Shown piece after piece: positions 38,036 through 47,274 of a stretch of DNA of 64,000 nt; position 1 is the stretch's first letter; each line of letters begins with the position of its first letter. The translations under genes were made by a program, and so were the position numbers. The stretch spans positions 62,001 to 126,000 of the forward strand of contig CBDVDH010000001.1 of assembly GCA_965372715.1 (NCBI GenBank), in the 5' to 3' direction. Origin of the DNA: an uncultured bacterium (GTDB taxonomy: Bacteria; B130-G9). The notes beneath the pieces were generated by a model. The model ran no database searches and was not told the DNA's origin. It saw nothing but the letters and a program-made list of their open reading frames with translations.

Positions 38036-40492
38036 ATGAAGCGGCTTGACACATACATTTTTCGCCAGATGGCTGCCCCGTTTGGGTTGTGCATCGCGCT
38101 GATCACGATGGTTCTGATCATGCACAAGATGCTGAAGTTGATGGAGATGATCATTAACAAGGGCATTCCGGCGTCGGTCTTTTTGCTGTTCCTTCTGTTC
38201 CTTTTGCCTTCGCTCCTGGTGCTCTCGATTCCGATGGCCGTGCTGGTCGCGATCCTGATGACGTTCTCTCGGATGTCCGCCGACAATGAGATAGTCGCGC
38301 TAAAAGCGAACGGTGTCAGCCTTTTCAGGATGCTGCGCGCGCCGCTGATATTCGGGATAGTAGGATGGCTGCTTTCGTCGGGCATAACGCTTTACGTTCT
38401 GCCGTATGCCAATCGTCCAGCGAAGGAGAAGATATTCGAGATGGCGGCCAGGCACGTGGATGCAGAGATACAGCCCAGGGTCTTCTATGACAAGTTCAAG
38501 GACTTCATGATCTACGTGCAGGAGAAGCTCCCGGACGAGCCCGTCATGCACGGTGTTTTCGTCTCGCACACCCCTGACGACGGCAGCATGCGAGTCATGG
38601 TTGCAGCTAGAGGGCTTTTGATCCCCGATGAGAAGCGCGGGCAAACGTATCTGCGACTTGAGAACGGGAGTGTCCACGAGCTTCCCAGAACACGTGGCGA
38701 AAGATACACCGTATCGAGCTTTGAGATGCAGAACCTTCCCTTGCTGACCGAGCAGACGAAGAAGAAGCTTCGAGACAAGATCCCGTTGAGCCACCGAGAA
38801 ATGACTATTTCGGAGATCAGGAAAGTTATCGCTGGAAATCTCGAGCAATTGGAGGCTACGAAGATAGCTTATGAGGAGGCGCTTCAAAACCAGGCGGATG
38901 AGCAGGTGAGCGAGGAGACTCTCAATGGCCTGAGACGAACGCGCCGATATTGGCAGTGGGTCTATAACGCGAGTCGGGTTGAGCTTCACAAGAAGTTCTC
39001 TCTGCCGTTTGCTTGCATTATCTTTGCGCTGATTGGGGTTCCTCTTGGCATCTTCAACCGCCGCAGGAAGCAGGGCGGGAGCATCGGTGTCAGTCTGCTG
39101 CTTTTCTTGGGGTATTACGTGATCCTGTCGGCCGGGGAGAACCTCGGGGACAATGGCGATCTGCCTCCATTCCTCTCGATGTGGCTTCCGAACATAGCTC
39201 TTGGTGTTTTCGCGGCAGTTTTGCTGTATTACTCGGCGCTCGAGAAGAGACCCAGGTGTTGGGTGAAGTTATCAGACGCCGCCTACGCTCTTGCCCAGAA
39301 GTTAAGGTCGCTGTTCTCAAGGCTCGGGATGATAAGGCAGTTTGGGCCGAGAATGCCGGGCGGGCTCAAGTTCGCTGGATACTGGGCTGGGACGGGACAT
39401 GTCAGGTTTCCGAGGCTGCTCGACCGATACGTCATGTCCAAGTTCATGCGGATAATGGGTATCGTTACCAGCGGACTGGTCATGGTCTTCTGCGTTGTGC
39501 GATTCGTCGAGGTCGTTGATGATGTGATCGAGCACAAATCAGGGGTAATGCCGGCGATCAACTTCGTATTGTTCTCGATTCCACAACTGCTGTTTTGGGT
39601 AATTCCCATGGCGGTGCTTGTTACCGCGATGATGACCATCAATGTGATGGCCAGAGGCAACGAGCTGACGGTGCTGCTAGCCGGTGGCACAAGCTTACAG
39701 AGGATATCAGTCGGGATACTTTCGGTGGCGCTTGCCGCCAGTGCGCTATCGTTCACGCTCAATGAATACATTGTCCCTTACGCCAACAGGGAGGTCGAGC
39801 GCATTTGGCACGAGGACATCAATCAGAAGGGGAAGAAGAGCAAGTTCGCGAAGTATCGAATATGGTATAAGGGCGTCGGCAACCGGATCTACAACGTCGC
39901 CTACATAGATCAGAAGCCGCCACAGCCAATTATTAAGGGCATAACCATCTTTGAGTTCGACGACAACCAGCGGATCAAGCACATCCTTCAGGCCGAAAGC
40001 GCCTACTTTGTTGGGGGCAAATGGTGCTTTGAGAACGTGGATTTCAAGCGGATGACACCAGAGGGGCCCAGGTCGGAGATGATGGGGCGTCTGGTGCTGA
40101 CCCTTGACGAGACGCCTGACGACTTCATCAAATTGAGGCCCGAGCCGGACGAAATGAGTTACAGTGAACTGAGCGGGTATATCGAGGAGCTAAAGAACGC
40201 GGGCTACAGCTATCAGCAGTATCAGACCGACCTGGCGAACAAGATTGCGATGCCCACAATCGCGCTGATAATAGCCCTTATGGCGATACCGCTCGGCGCG
40301 ATGGGGGGAAAGAGCGGGAAACTGGTCGGCCTTGGGGCCGCGATTGGCATAGCGGGACTGTTCTTTGTCATCCACTCATCCTTCATCTCGTTCGGGCACA
40401 GCGGTCAGATACCGCACTTTCTGGCCGCCTGGGCGGCAAACATCCTCTTCGGCACGGGCGGCGTGTTCCTCTTCACGCACGCGAGGTCGTAG
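38036..40492 (+). CDS. Fused LptF-LptG LPS export permease
   Basis: Two YjgP/YjgQ halves, each starting 'LD.Y' with 'RM...NE..AL.A.G.SL' and 'P.LAAW..N' motifs. Confidence 0.9.
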   Translation: MKRLDTYIFRQMAAPFGLCIALITMVLIMHKMLKLMEMIINKGIPASVFLLFLLFLLPSLLVLSIPMAVLVAILMTFSRMSADNEIVALKANGVSLFRMLRAPLIFGIVGWLLSSGITLYVLPYANRPAKEKIFEMAARHVDAEIQPRVFYDKFKDFMIYVQEKLPDEPVMHGVFVSHTPDDGSMRVMVAARGLLIPDEKRGQTYLRLENGSVHELPRTRGERYTVSSFEMQNLPLLTEQTKKKLRDKIPLSHREMTISEIRKVIAGNLEQLEATKIAYEEALQNQADEQVSEETLNGLRRTRRYWQWVYNASRVELHKKFSLPFACIIFALIGVPLGIFNRRRKQGGSIGVSLLLFLGYYVILSAGENLGDNGDLPPFLSMWLPNIALGVFAAVLLYYSALEKRPRCWVKLSDAAYALAQKLRSLFSRLGMIRQFGPRMPGGLKFAGYWAGTGHVRFPRLLDRYVMSKFMRIMGIVTSGLVMVFCVVRFVEVVDDVIEHKSGVMPAINFVLFSIPQLLFWVIPMAVLVTAMMTINVMARGNELTVLLAGGTSLQRISVGILSVALAASALSFTLNEYIVPYANREVERIWHEDINQKGKKSKFAKYRIWYKGVGNRIYNVAYIDQKPPQPIIKGITIFEFDDNQRIKHILQAESAYFVGGKWCFENVDFKRMTPEGPRSEMMGRLVLTLDETPDDFIKLRPEPDEMSYSELSGYIEELKNAGYSYQQYQTDLANKIAMPTIALIIALMAIPLGAMGGKSGKLVGLGAAIGIAGLFFVIHSSFISFGHSGQIPHFLAAWAANILFGTGGVFLFTHARS

Positions 40493-40636
40493 CAGCGGCA
40501 CGCGGCCCCTCGAGCTGACTGATCTCTTGCTTTGGCCCCTCGCGTTCGCCATAGCCTCCGCCATCGCCAGGCTTTGCGGGGACAGGTCCGCGGGCGCGGA
40601 TTCACCCATTGACCTGTTGACCTATTGACTCAAACC

Positions 40637-43600
40637 TCACGGTATTGGGTAATGGTAGCCCATATCGACGGTTCCGGTGTCAGGGGCGTTGTTAGTCTGG
40701 GTCGTGCGGTCTGAGAGCCCGGCCGCGACGGCGGACATGCTGCCCATGTTAATGCAATCGCTATCAGACGCTTGCCCGGCCGCTATTGAGGAGAGGTAGT
40801 AATCGCCATAGAATCCGGTCTGGAACCAGGGATCGGTGTGGACGTTGCCCGTCCCAGCATCGAAATCCTCGATGCAGCAATATGTGGCTGAGCAGTTGAA
40901 AAGATCGTCACCATTGCCCCAGAGGATGCAGTTGATAACCGTCGGGAAACATGCATCTTCACAGTATATCCCGTCACCGCTCCCCGTTGCGTAGTTGCTA
41001 ACTATCGTGTTGTTTGAGATCGTGGGAGACGCATCCGCGTGAGTGCAGGCTATTCCCCCGCCATGGTCAAGTGCGAAGTTGAGGGCGATCAGGTTGTTTC
41101 TGATCGTTGGTGAGCTGTCAGATGCGCAGCAAATACCGCCGCCGTGGTCGTTTCCAGGGTCGCCCGTCGCGGAGTTGTGGACAATCACGTTGTGTTCGAT
41201 TGTGGCCAAGTCGCTCATACTGTGTATTCCGCCCCCGCGCCCCGCCGAGTTATCCATGAGACTGTTGCCTGAGATCGTCAGCCCGGGGCACTCCCAGAAC
41301 TCTATTCCTCCGCCCCTTAATGCCGCTGAATTGCCCGATATCGTATTGCGTTCGATAACGGGCGCACTATGAAAGCACACTATCCCGCCTCCGTCGTGGT
41401 CGCAGATGTTGAGGGTGATAGTGTTGCCCTCTACGATTGGCGAACTGAAGCTGTAGCAGGCTATCCCGCCGCCGCTCACCGCTTCGTTGGCCTGGATTAT
41501 GTTGTCCGTAATCGTGGGAGAACTGCCGTAGCAAAGTACCCCCCCGCCGAATTCCGCTTCGTTGGCCTGGATTACGTTGTCCGTAATCGTGGGAGAACTA
41601 CTGTGGAGGCAATGTATCCCCCCGCCATGCTCGACCGCCGAGTTGCTGACGATATCGTTGTTCAAGATCGTCGGCGAGCTTTGGGTGCAGGCTATGCCGC
41701 CGCCATGTTCCGTGGCTGCATTGGATGATATCGTGTTGTATTGGATCGTCTGAGCACCCTCTTCAGCGCAGTAGATTCCTGCACCGACGGTGGCTTCGTT
41801 CTCGGATATAGTGTTATACTCGATGGTCGGCAGACCAGCATAGCAGCCGATTCCACCCCCATATTCCGCCGCGTTGAGGGTTATGTCGTTGTCCGTTATC
41901 AAGGGTGACGCGTCTCCAGAGCAGAGCATCCCACCACCGCAATTCCCATAGTTGTTCGACACTGTGTTGTTTGTGATAGTCGGTGATCCAGTTGAGGCGC
42001 ACGCTATAGCGCCGCCCCATCCTGCTTCGTTACGAGAGAGCACGTTATTGTCGATTGTTGGCGAGCTATCACGGCAATATATGCCGCCGCCGGCGCCGAG
42101 GGCGTCGCCCGCGAGATTCTCGGTTATCGTGTTTGTGGAGATCGTCGGAGAGCAATTGTCACAGCAGATCCCGCCTCCAGAGCCGAATAATGTGTCTGCG
42201 GTGTTTTCCGTTATCAAGTTGGATAGGATTGTCGCGGAGCTCTTGAAGCAGTAAACTCCGCCTCCACGACCCTGGTCTCCGTCCGCGTCATTGCCTCTGA
42301 TAACGTTGTCGCGTATTTCCAGGGAGCTGTTGCTGCAGAATATCCCGGCGCCATGCGTATCAGGCTCGGTCGCACCTGCGGTGTTCCCTCCCATGATCGT
42401 GAAGCCCTCCACGCTTAGATTGGCTACAGAGTCGCAGTAGATCACATGATGTGCTTTGCCCTGCGCGTCGAGGATCGTAGTCTTCGAACTCTCTCCGATG
42501 ATAGAGACCCAGCTCTTCATAACGAGAGGGAACATCTCGCCGTTCGTGCTCCCAGCATAGGTCCCCGCCGCAACGAAGATTGTGATGGGACACTTGTCAG
42601 TGCCGCCTGCGACGTCCAGAGCGTGAGTGATAGTCCTGAACGGATGACCCTCGGAACCATCATTAGAGTCATCCCCTGTCGCGGCATCGACATAAAGGCG
42701 GCTGCCAGGCTCGATCGTGAGGGTCCTAGTGTCGGGCAGAGACCATGCGCCCTCGTTATCCTGAACCCTAAATGAGATGGCGTGGTCCCCCAGGCTGAGG
42801 TCCAATGCCTCAATCTGGAAGTCTATATTCGTGCTGAGAATCCCATCGAGGTCGGAGCTCCACTCGTATCCTACAATGGTGCCGTCCGAGTCCTCCCCGT
42901 GTCCAATGAACGTAACCTCATGTTCGCACTGCCAAGCAGGATTCGGGTAGATGTCATCAATGGTGGCAGTTGGGGGCTTGTTACCAGCCTCGATCACAAG
43001 GTTTGCCGTCTCAGATGCAGACCAGAGGCTGTCATTGTCCTGTACCCTATAGGAGATCAAGTGATTCCCAACAGAGAGGGCGCTTGCCTCTACGTTGAAG
43101 TCCTCGTCCGTGCTGAGGATGCCGTCAAGGTCGGAACTCCACTTGTATGCAACCACCGACCCGTCCGTGTCCTCGCCGTGGCCCATGAATTCGACATCGT
43201 CATAGCCCTGCGTCGCTGGATTCGGCGCGATAGAGTCGATATAGGCGGTCGGCGCCTCACCGGCAACGATTGGGTAGTGGTAACCCAGATCAACGGTTCC
43301 GGAATCAAATGTGCTATCGGCCTGCGTTGTTCGATCGTCGAGTGCCGCAGCAGTCGCTGACTGGCTCCCGGCGTCTATGCAGAGGCTTGTGGGGTCGAGG
43401 TAGTGGTTGCCAAATGGCCCCGGGACGAACAGAGGGTCGTCATGAGTGTTCCCAACACCCGCGTCGAGGTCTTCGATGCAGCAATACGTGGCAGAACAAC
43501 CGTATAGGTCGTCACTCCCATACTCGTCACCGTTGCCCCACAATATGCAATCTGTGGTTGTTGGGATACTATCCATGTCGCAGTATATGCCATCGCCGCC

Positions 43601-44752
43601 CATATCAACCTCGTTGCCCACGATAGTACTGTTCCGAATCGTAGGCGAACTGAGGATGCGGCAGTCTATGCCGCCGCCGCCCTCGAAGTCCCCGGTTAAC
43701 CAGTTGTCAAGGATCAAGTTGTTCACGATGACCGGTGAGCTGCTGTCCATGCAGCTTATCCCCCCACCGCCCTCGTACTTCGCCCAGTTGGCCCAGATTG
43801 TGTTGTGTTGGATAGTGGGTGAGCTCATGAAGAAGCAGCATATCCCGCCGCCGTAGCGATTGGCGACGTTGCCGGCTATGATGTTGTCCTGAATGATAGG
43901 AGAGCTGTCATTCAAGTATATCCCTCCGCCGCAGGCATCGGGGTCAAGAAGCCCGACTTCGCTGGCATACCCTCCTGTCATCGAGAAGCCCTCTATCGTC
44001 AGGTCGGAGACGGAATTGCAGTAGATAACGTGATGGGCAGCATATTCGGCGTCGAGGATGGTCGTATCTCGGTCCTCGCCCATCAGGGACACCCAGCTCT
44101 CCATACTCAGTGGGAATGTCTCGCCGTTGGTGCCAGCAGCGTAGGTGCAAGCCGCGACGTGAATGGTAACGGGGTTGCCCGGCGACCCCGAGGCAACGTC
44201 TAGAGCGTGTGTTATCGTCAGGAATGGGAAGGCCTCCGAGCCGTCGTTGCTGTCATTGCCTGCGGCGCCATCCACCCAAAGGTCCGATGCGCTCGAGATA
44301 GAAAACGGCGCGAAGCTCGGATCGCAAACCAAGTCGAATGTCCAGGGATGCGTCAGGACCGAGGCAAAGATGTATGGACCCGGATTGGCGATTGGAGGTG
44401 TCGGACATGGAATGTCAAACGTCCAAAAGACGGTTCGGGGCAGGCCCCATCCGCCAGGATGATATATACTGGAGATCCACGGCAGCACAGCGTTTGTCCA
44501 GCCCCCGGGTCCGAGTATATATAACACCCCGTCAGACGTTAGCAGGCCAATATACACAGCCACCGACATCCCCGACCCCGGGTTCTCAGTTGACAGGCTG
44601 ACCTCGATCGTATCGCCCGCAACGTAAGTGTCGCTGTCCGTGTAGATAGTAACTGTTGGGGCCGCGACCGCCATAATCGGCAAAACAACGATGAGTGAGA
44701 TAACAATCGACACTAGCGTGCTAGCCATTCGGCTACGAATCAGATGCTCCAT
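40637..44752 (-). CDS. Large secreted protein: accessory domain, DUF1565-like/beta-helix module, two PKD-like repeats, second beta-helix module
   Basis: Signal peptide; two 'VD...G.DSNDGSE..PF.TITHAL' modules; 'GHGED.DG.IV.Y.WSSDLDG' x2; GGGI.C..SSPTI repeats. Confidence 0.88.
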   Translation of the reverse strand: MEHLIRSRMASTLVSIVISLIVVLPIMAVAAPTVTIYTDSDTYVAGDTIEVSLSTENPGSGMSVAVYIGLLTSDGVLYILGPGGWTNAVLPWISSIYHPGGWGLPRTVFWTFDIPCPTPPIANPGPYIFASVLTHPWTFDLVCDPSFAPFSISSASDLWVDGAAGNDSNDGSEAFPFLTITHALDVASGSPGNPVTIHVAACTYAAGTNGETFPLSMESWVSLMGEDRDTTILDAEYAAHHVIYCNSVSDLTIEGFSMTGGYASEVGLLDPDACGGGIYLNDSSPIIQDNIIAGNVANRYGGGICCFFMSSPTIQHNTIWANWAKYEGGGGISCMDSSSPVIVNNLILDNWLTGDFEGGGGIDCRILSSPTIRNSTIVGNEVDMGGDGIYCDMDSIPTTTDCILWGNGDEYGSDDLYGCSATYCCIEDLDAGVGNTHDDPLFVPGPFGNHYLDPTSLCIDAGSQSATAAALDDRTTQADSTFDSGTVDLGYHYPIVAGEAPTAYIDSIAPNPATQGYDDVEFMGHGEDTDGSVVAYKWSSDLDGILSTDEDFNVEASALSVGNHLISYRVQDNDSLWSASETANLVIEAGNKPPTATIDDIYPNPAWQCEHEVTFIGHGEDSDGTIVGYEWSSDLDGILSTNIDFQIEALDLSLGDHAISFRVQDNEGAWSLPDTRTLTIEPGSRLYVDAATGDDSNDGSEGHPFRTITHALDVAGGTDKCPITIFVAAGTYAGSTNGEMFPLVMKSWVSIIGESSKTTILDAQGKAHHVIYCDSVANLSVEGFTIMGGNTAGATEPDTHGAGIFCSNSSLEIRDNVIRGNDADGDQGRGGGVYCFKSSATILSNLITENTADTLFGSGGGICCDNCSPTISTNTITENLAGDALGAGGGIYCRDSSPTIDNNVLSRNEAGWGGAIACASTGSPTITNNTVSNNYGNCGGGMLCSGDASPLITDNDITLNAAEYGGGIGCYAGLPTIEYNTISENEATVGAGIYCAEEGAQTIQYNTISSNAATEHGGGIACTQSSPTILNNDIVSNSAVEHGGGIHCLHSSSPTITDNVIQANEAEFGGGVLCYGSSPTITDNIIQANEAVSGGGIACYSFSSPIVEGNTITLNICDHDGGGIVCFHSAPVIERNTISGNSAALRGGGIEFWECPGLTISGNSLMDNSAGRGGGIHSMSDLATIEHNVIVHNSATGDPGNDHGGGICCASDSSPTIRNNLIALNFALDHGGGIACTHADASPTISNNTIVSNYATGSGDGIYCEDACFPTVINCILWGNGDDLFNCSATYCCIEDFDAGTGNVHTDPWFQTGFYGDYYLSSIAAGQASDSDCINMGSMSAVAAGLSDRTTQTNNAPDTGTVDMGYHYPIP

Positions 44753-45010
44753 TTTGCTTCCTTCTCTTGAGTTTGCACCGCTTGGCTCAAATCCAGAAAC
44801 GCGAAACTATGGGGGCAAAAGTATTCGTTTTGCGAGGCGACATCAAGCCAAAACAGCTCGAAAGGTCCTCATATCTCTGCTGGACTGCAACAAATGGCGG
44901 CAGGTTCTTCAGCCCTGCTGATTGACTGCCGGGTTGGTGCTGGGATATATTGTCGGAGTTGATTTCGTTGTCCGGGTGCTGGCGTTCCGTTGCGAGATGT
45001 GGAGTATAGT

Positions 45011-46681
45011 ATGGCTAAGTATGTTCAAGAAAATGCCTGGCACAAGCGGCTGAAGATCGCGATTGGCCAGGTGAATCCGACAATCGGGGATTTCCCTGGC
45101 AATACTGAGAAGATTCTCACTGCCGTTGACGAGGCGCTGCGCCTCAACTGTAACGTTGTGGTTTTCCCCGAGACGTCCCTGACAGGTGGACCGGCTCACG
45201 ATCTTTTACTGAGGTCTGATTTCGTCAAGAGCCAGATATCCGCCATGAGGGAACTTGCACGTCGCGTCGGCAAGATCGTTGCCGTTGTGGGATTTGTCGA
45301 TAGGAGAGTCCAGGGTCACGAGGCGAAGCTATATAACTCAGCGGCGCTCATTTTCGACGGCGGCCTCCGCAAGGTGGTGGATAGGACCGGGACACACACG
45401 CTTGATGGTCTCAACGAGGGGCGGTATTTCACACCTGGTGTGCCGTCCGCGCCGCTGAAAGTCAATGGGGTTCCACTTGGGATACTTGTCGGGGATGACG
45501 CCCGGCAGCCGGATGCGTGCAAGAGATTGGTCGATGCGGGGGCGTCATTGATCATCGCCCCAATGCTAATGCCGTTCCGCATGGGCGAGTTTAACGCGCG
45601 CCTCTCGGAAACTGCCGACGCTGCGAGAAGGGCGGACGTGGACATTCTCGTTGCCAATTCGGTTGGGGGACAGAGCGAGCTCATCTTTGACGGAGGCAGC
45701 TTCGCCGTTGACTCGTCAGGAGAGGTGCTTTGGCGGGCGCCTCAATTCAAGGAGGGCTTGTTCGTGGCCGAGGTCCCACAGGCCGGTCAGGAGAACCTTG
45801 AACTGACCAATGTCGAAGAGGTCAGACAAGGACTTTCCCTTGCCATCCGTGACTTCGTGCTCAAGAATGGCTTCTCGAAGGTGGTTATCGGTCTCTCGGG
45901 CGGGATAGATTCGGCGCTGGTGGCAGCGCTCGCGGCAGAATCGCTTGGGCCAGAACAAGTCCTGGGTCTGATCATGCCGAGCGAGGTGTCGCCGCCGGAG
46001 AGCGTCCAGGACGCCCAGAAGCTAGCATCGAATTTCGGGATCGAGACCAAGATCATCCCGATAGGGCCGGTTTATGACGCCTACAGCGCCGCGCTGGGCG
46101 AGCATTTCAGCGGCAAGGCGCCGGACGTTACGGAGGAGAACCTTCAGGCTCGGATTCGAGGTAACGTCCTGATGGGATTTGCGAATAAGTTCGGATACAT
46201 GGTACTATGCACGGGTAATCGGTCTGAATCGCTTGTGGGATATGCGACGCTGTATGGGGATATGGCGGGCGGCTTTGCGCCGATTTCGGACGTGCCCAAG
46301 ACGCTCGTTTATGAGCTTGCGGAGCACGTCAATGCCGAGGCGGGGCGGGAGCTGATACCGCGAAGTGTCATCGCGAAGGAGCCTTCGGCGGAGCTCAGAC
46401 CGGGTCAGACCGACGCCGAGGCGCTGGGGCCATACGGGTCGCTCGACCCGATACTTGGGGCGTATATTGACGATGGTGCGGCTTTCGAGGGGATGCTCGA
46501 GTTTGGCCACGACGAGGAGTCCGCTCGGAACGTTATCTCGCGGTTTCTGAAGAGTGAGTTCAAGCGCTATCAGGCGCCGCCGGGGCCGAGAATCGTCTCG
46601 CGGATGCAGGCCAGCGAGCGCAGGATGCCGCTGGTGAAGTCTATCGAGAGCTGGTATCATCGCAAGCTGTGGGAGACGTAG
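45011..46681 (+). CDS. nadE: NAD+ synthetase with N-terminal nitrilase-fold domain
   Basis: GLSGGIDS, ENLQARIRG, GYATLYGDMAGG, PSAELRPGQTD, EFKRYQ. Confidence 0.92.
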   Translation: MAKYVQENAWHKRLKIAIGQVNPTIGDFPGNTEKILTAVDEALRLNCNVVVFPETSLTGGPAHDLLLRSDFVKSQISAMRELARRVGKIVAVVGFVDRRVQGHEAKLYNSAALIFDGGLRKVVDRTGTHTLDGLNEGRYFTPGVPSAPLKVNGVPLGILVGDDARQPDACKRLVDAGASLIIAPMLMPFRMGEFNARLSETADAARRADVDILVANSVGGQSELIFDGGSFAVDSSGEVLWRAPQFKEGLFVAEVPQAGQENLELTNVEEVRQGLSLAIRDFVLKNGFSKVVIGLSGGIDSALVAALAAESLGPEQVLGLIMPSEVSPPESVQDAQKLASNFGIETKIIPIGPVYDAYSAALGEHFSGKAPDVTEENLQARIRGNVLMGFANKFGYMVLCTGNRSESLVGYATLYGDMAGGFAPISDVPKTLVYELAEHVNAEAGRELIPRSVIAKEPSAELRPGQTDAEALGPYGSLDPILGAYIDDGAAFEGMLEFGHDEESARNVISRFLKSEFKRYQAPPGPRIVSRMQASERRMPLVKSIESWYHRKLWET

Positions 46682-46736
46682 GTGGAGCGGGGAGACGACG
46701 TCTTTGGGCAACGATGCTGACGGGAAGGAGAGAGAC

Positions 46737-47267
46737 ATGCAAGAACTGCGTTTGAAGGACAAGGTCATCCGGCTGGTTGAGGGGGATATCACCGAGCAGG
46801 AGACTGATGCGATTGTCAACGCCGCTAACAGCCGTCTTTGGATGGGTGCTGGCGTTGCTGGCGCCATTAAGCGGCGAGGTGGGAAGGAGATCGAGGAGGA
46901 GGCGGTCGCAAAGGGGCCGATCCCCATTGGTGAGGCTGTGGCGACCGGCGCCGGGCGGCTTGCTGCCAAGCATGTCATTCACGCGGCCGGAATGGGTCCT
47001 GACCTTTTGACGGACGCCGCCAAGGTCCGAAGCAGCACCTGGAATTCGCTGCTTCGCGCCCACGAGCTGGGTCTTTCTAGCATTGCGTTTCCGTCGATTG
47101 GGACGGGTGTCGGCGGCTTTTCGATGCGCGAGTGCGCCGAGATAATGCTTGGCGAGGCTAAGAGGTTCTTCAGCGAGCGTGATACGTCGATCGAGGAGGT
47201 TCGCTTCGTTCTGTGGGGCAAGCCGGCGTTCGATACGTTCGTCGAAGTCCTTCAACGGCTCGAATAG
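46737..47267 (+). CDS. Macro domain protein (ADP-ribose binding/deacylase)
   Basis: GDIT, DAIVNAAN, GAGVAGAI, VIHA, AFPSIGTGVGG. Confidence 0.93.
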   Translation: MQELRLKDKVIRLVEGDITEQETDAIVNAANSRLWMGAGVAGAIKRRGGKEIEEEAVAKGPIPIGEAVATGAGRLAAKHVIHAAGMGPDLLTDAAKVRSSTWNSLLRAHELGLSSIAFPSIGTGVGGFSMRECAEIMLGEAKRFFSERDTSIEEVRFVLWGKPAFDTFVEVLQRLE

Positions 47268-47274
47268 GCTCGAC

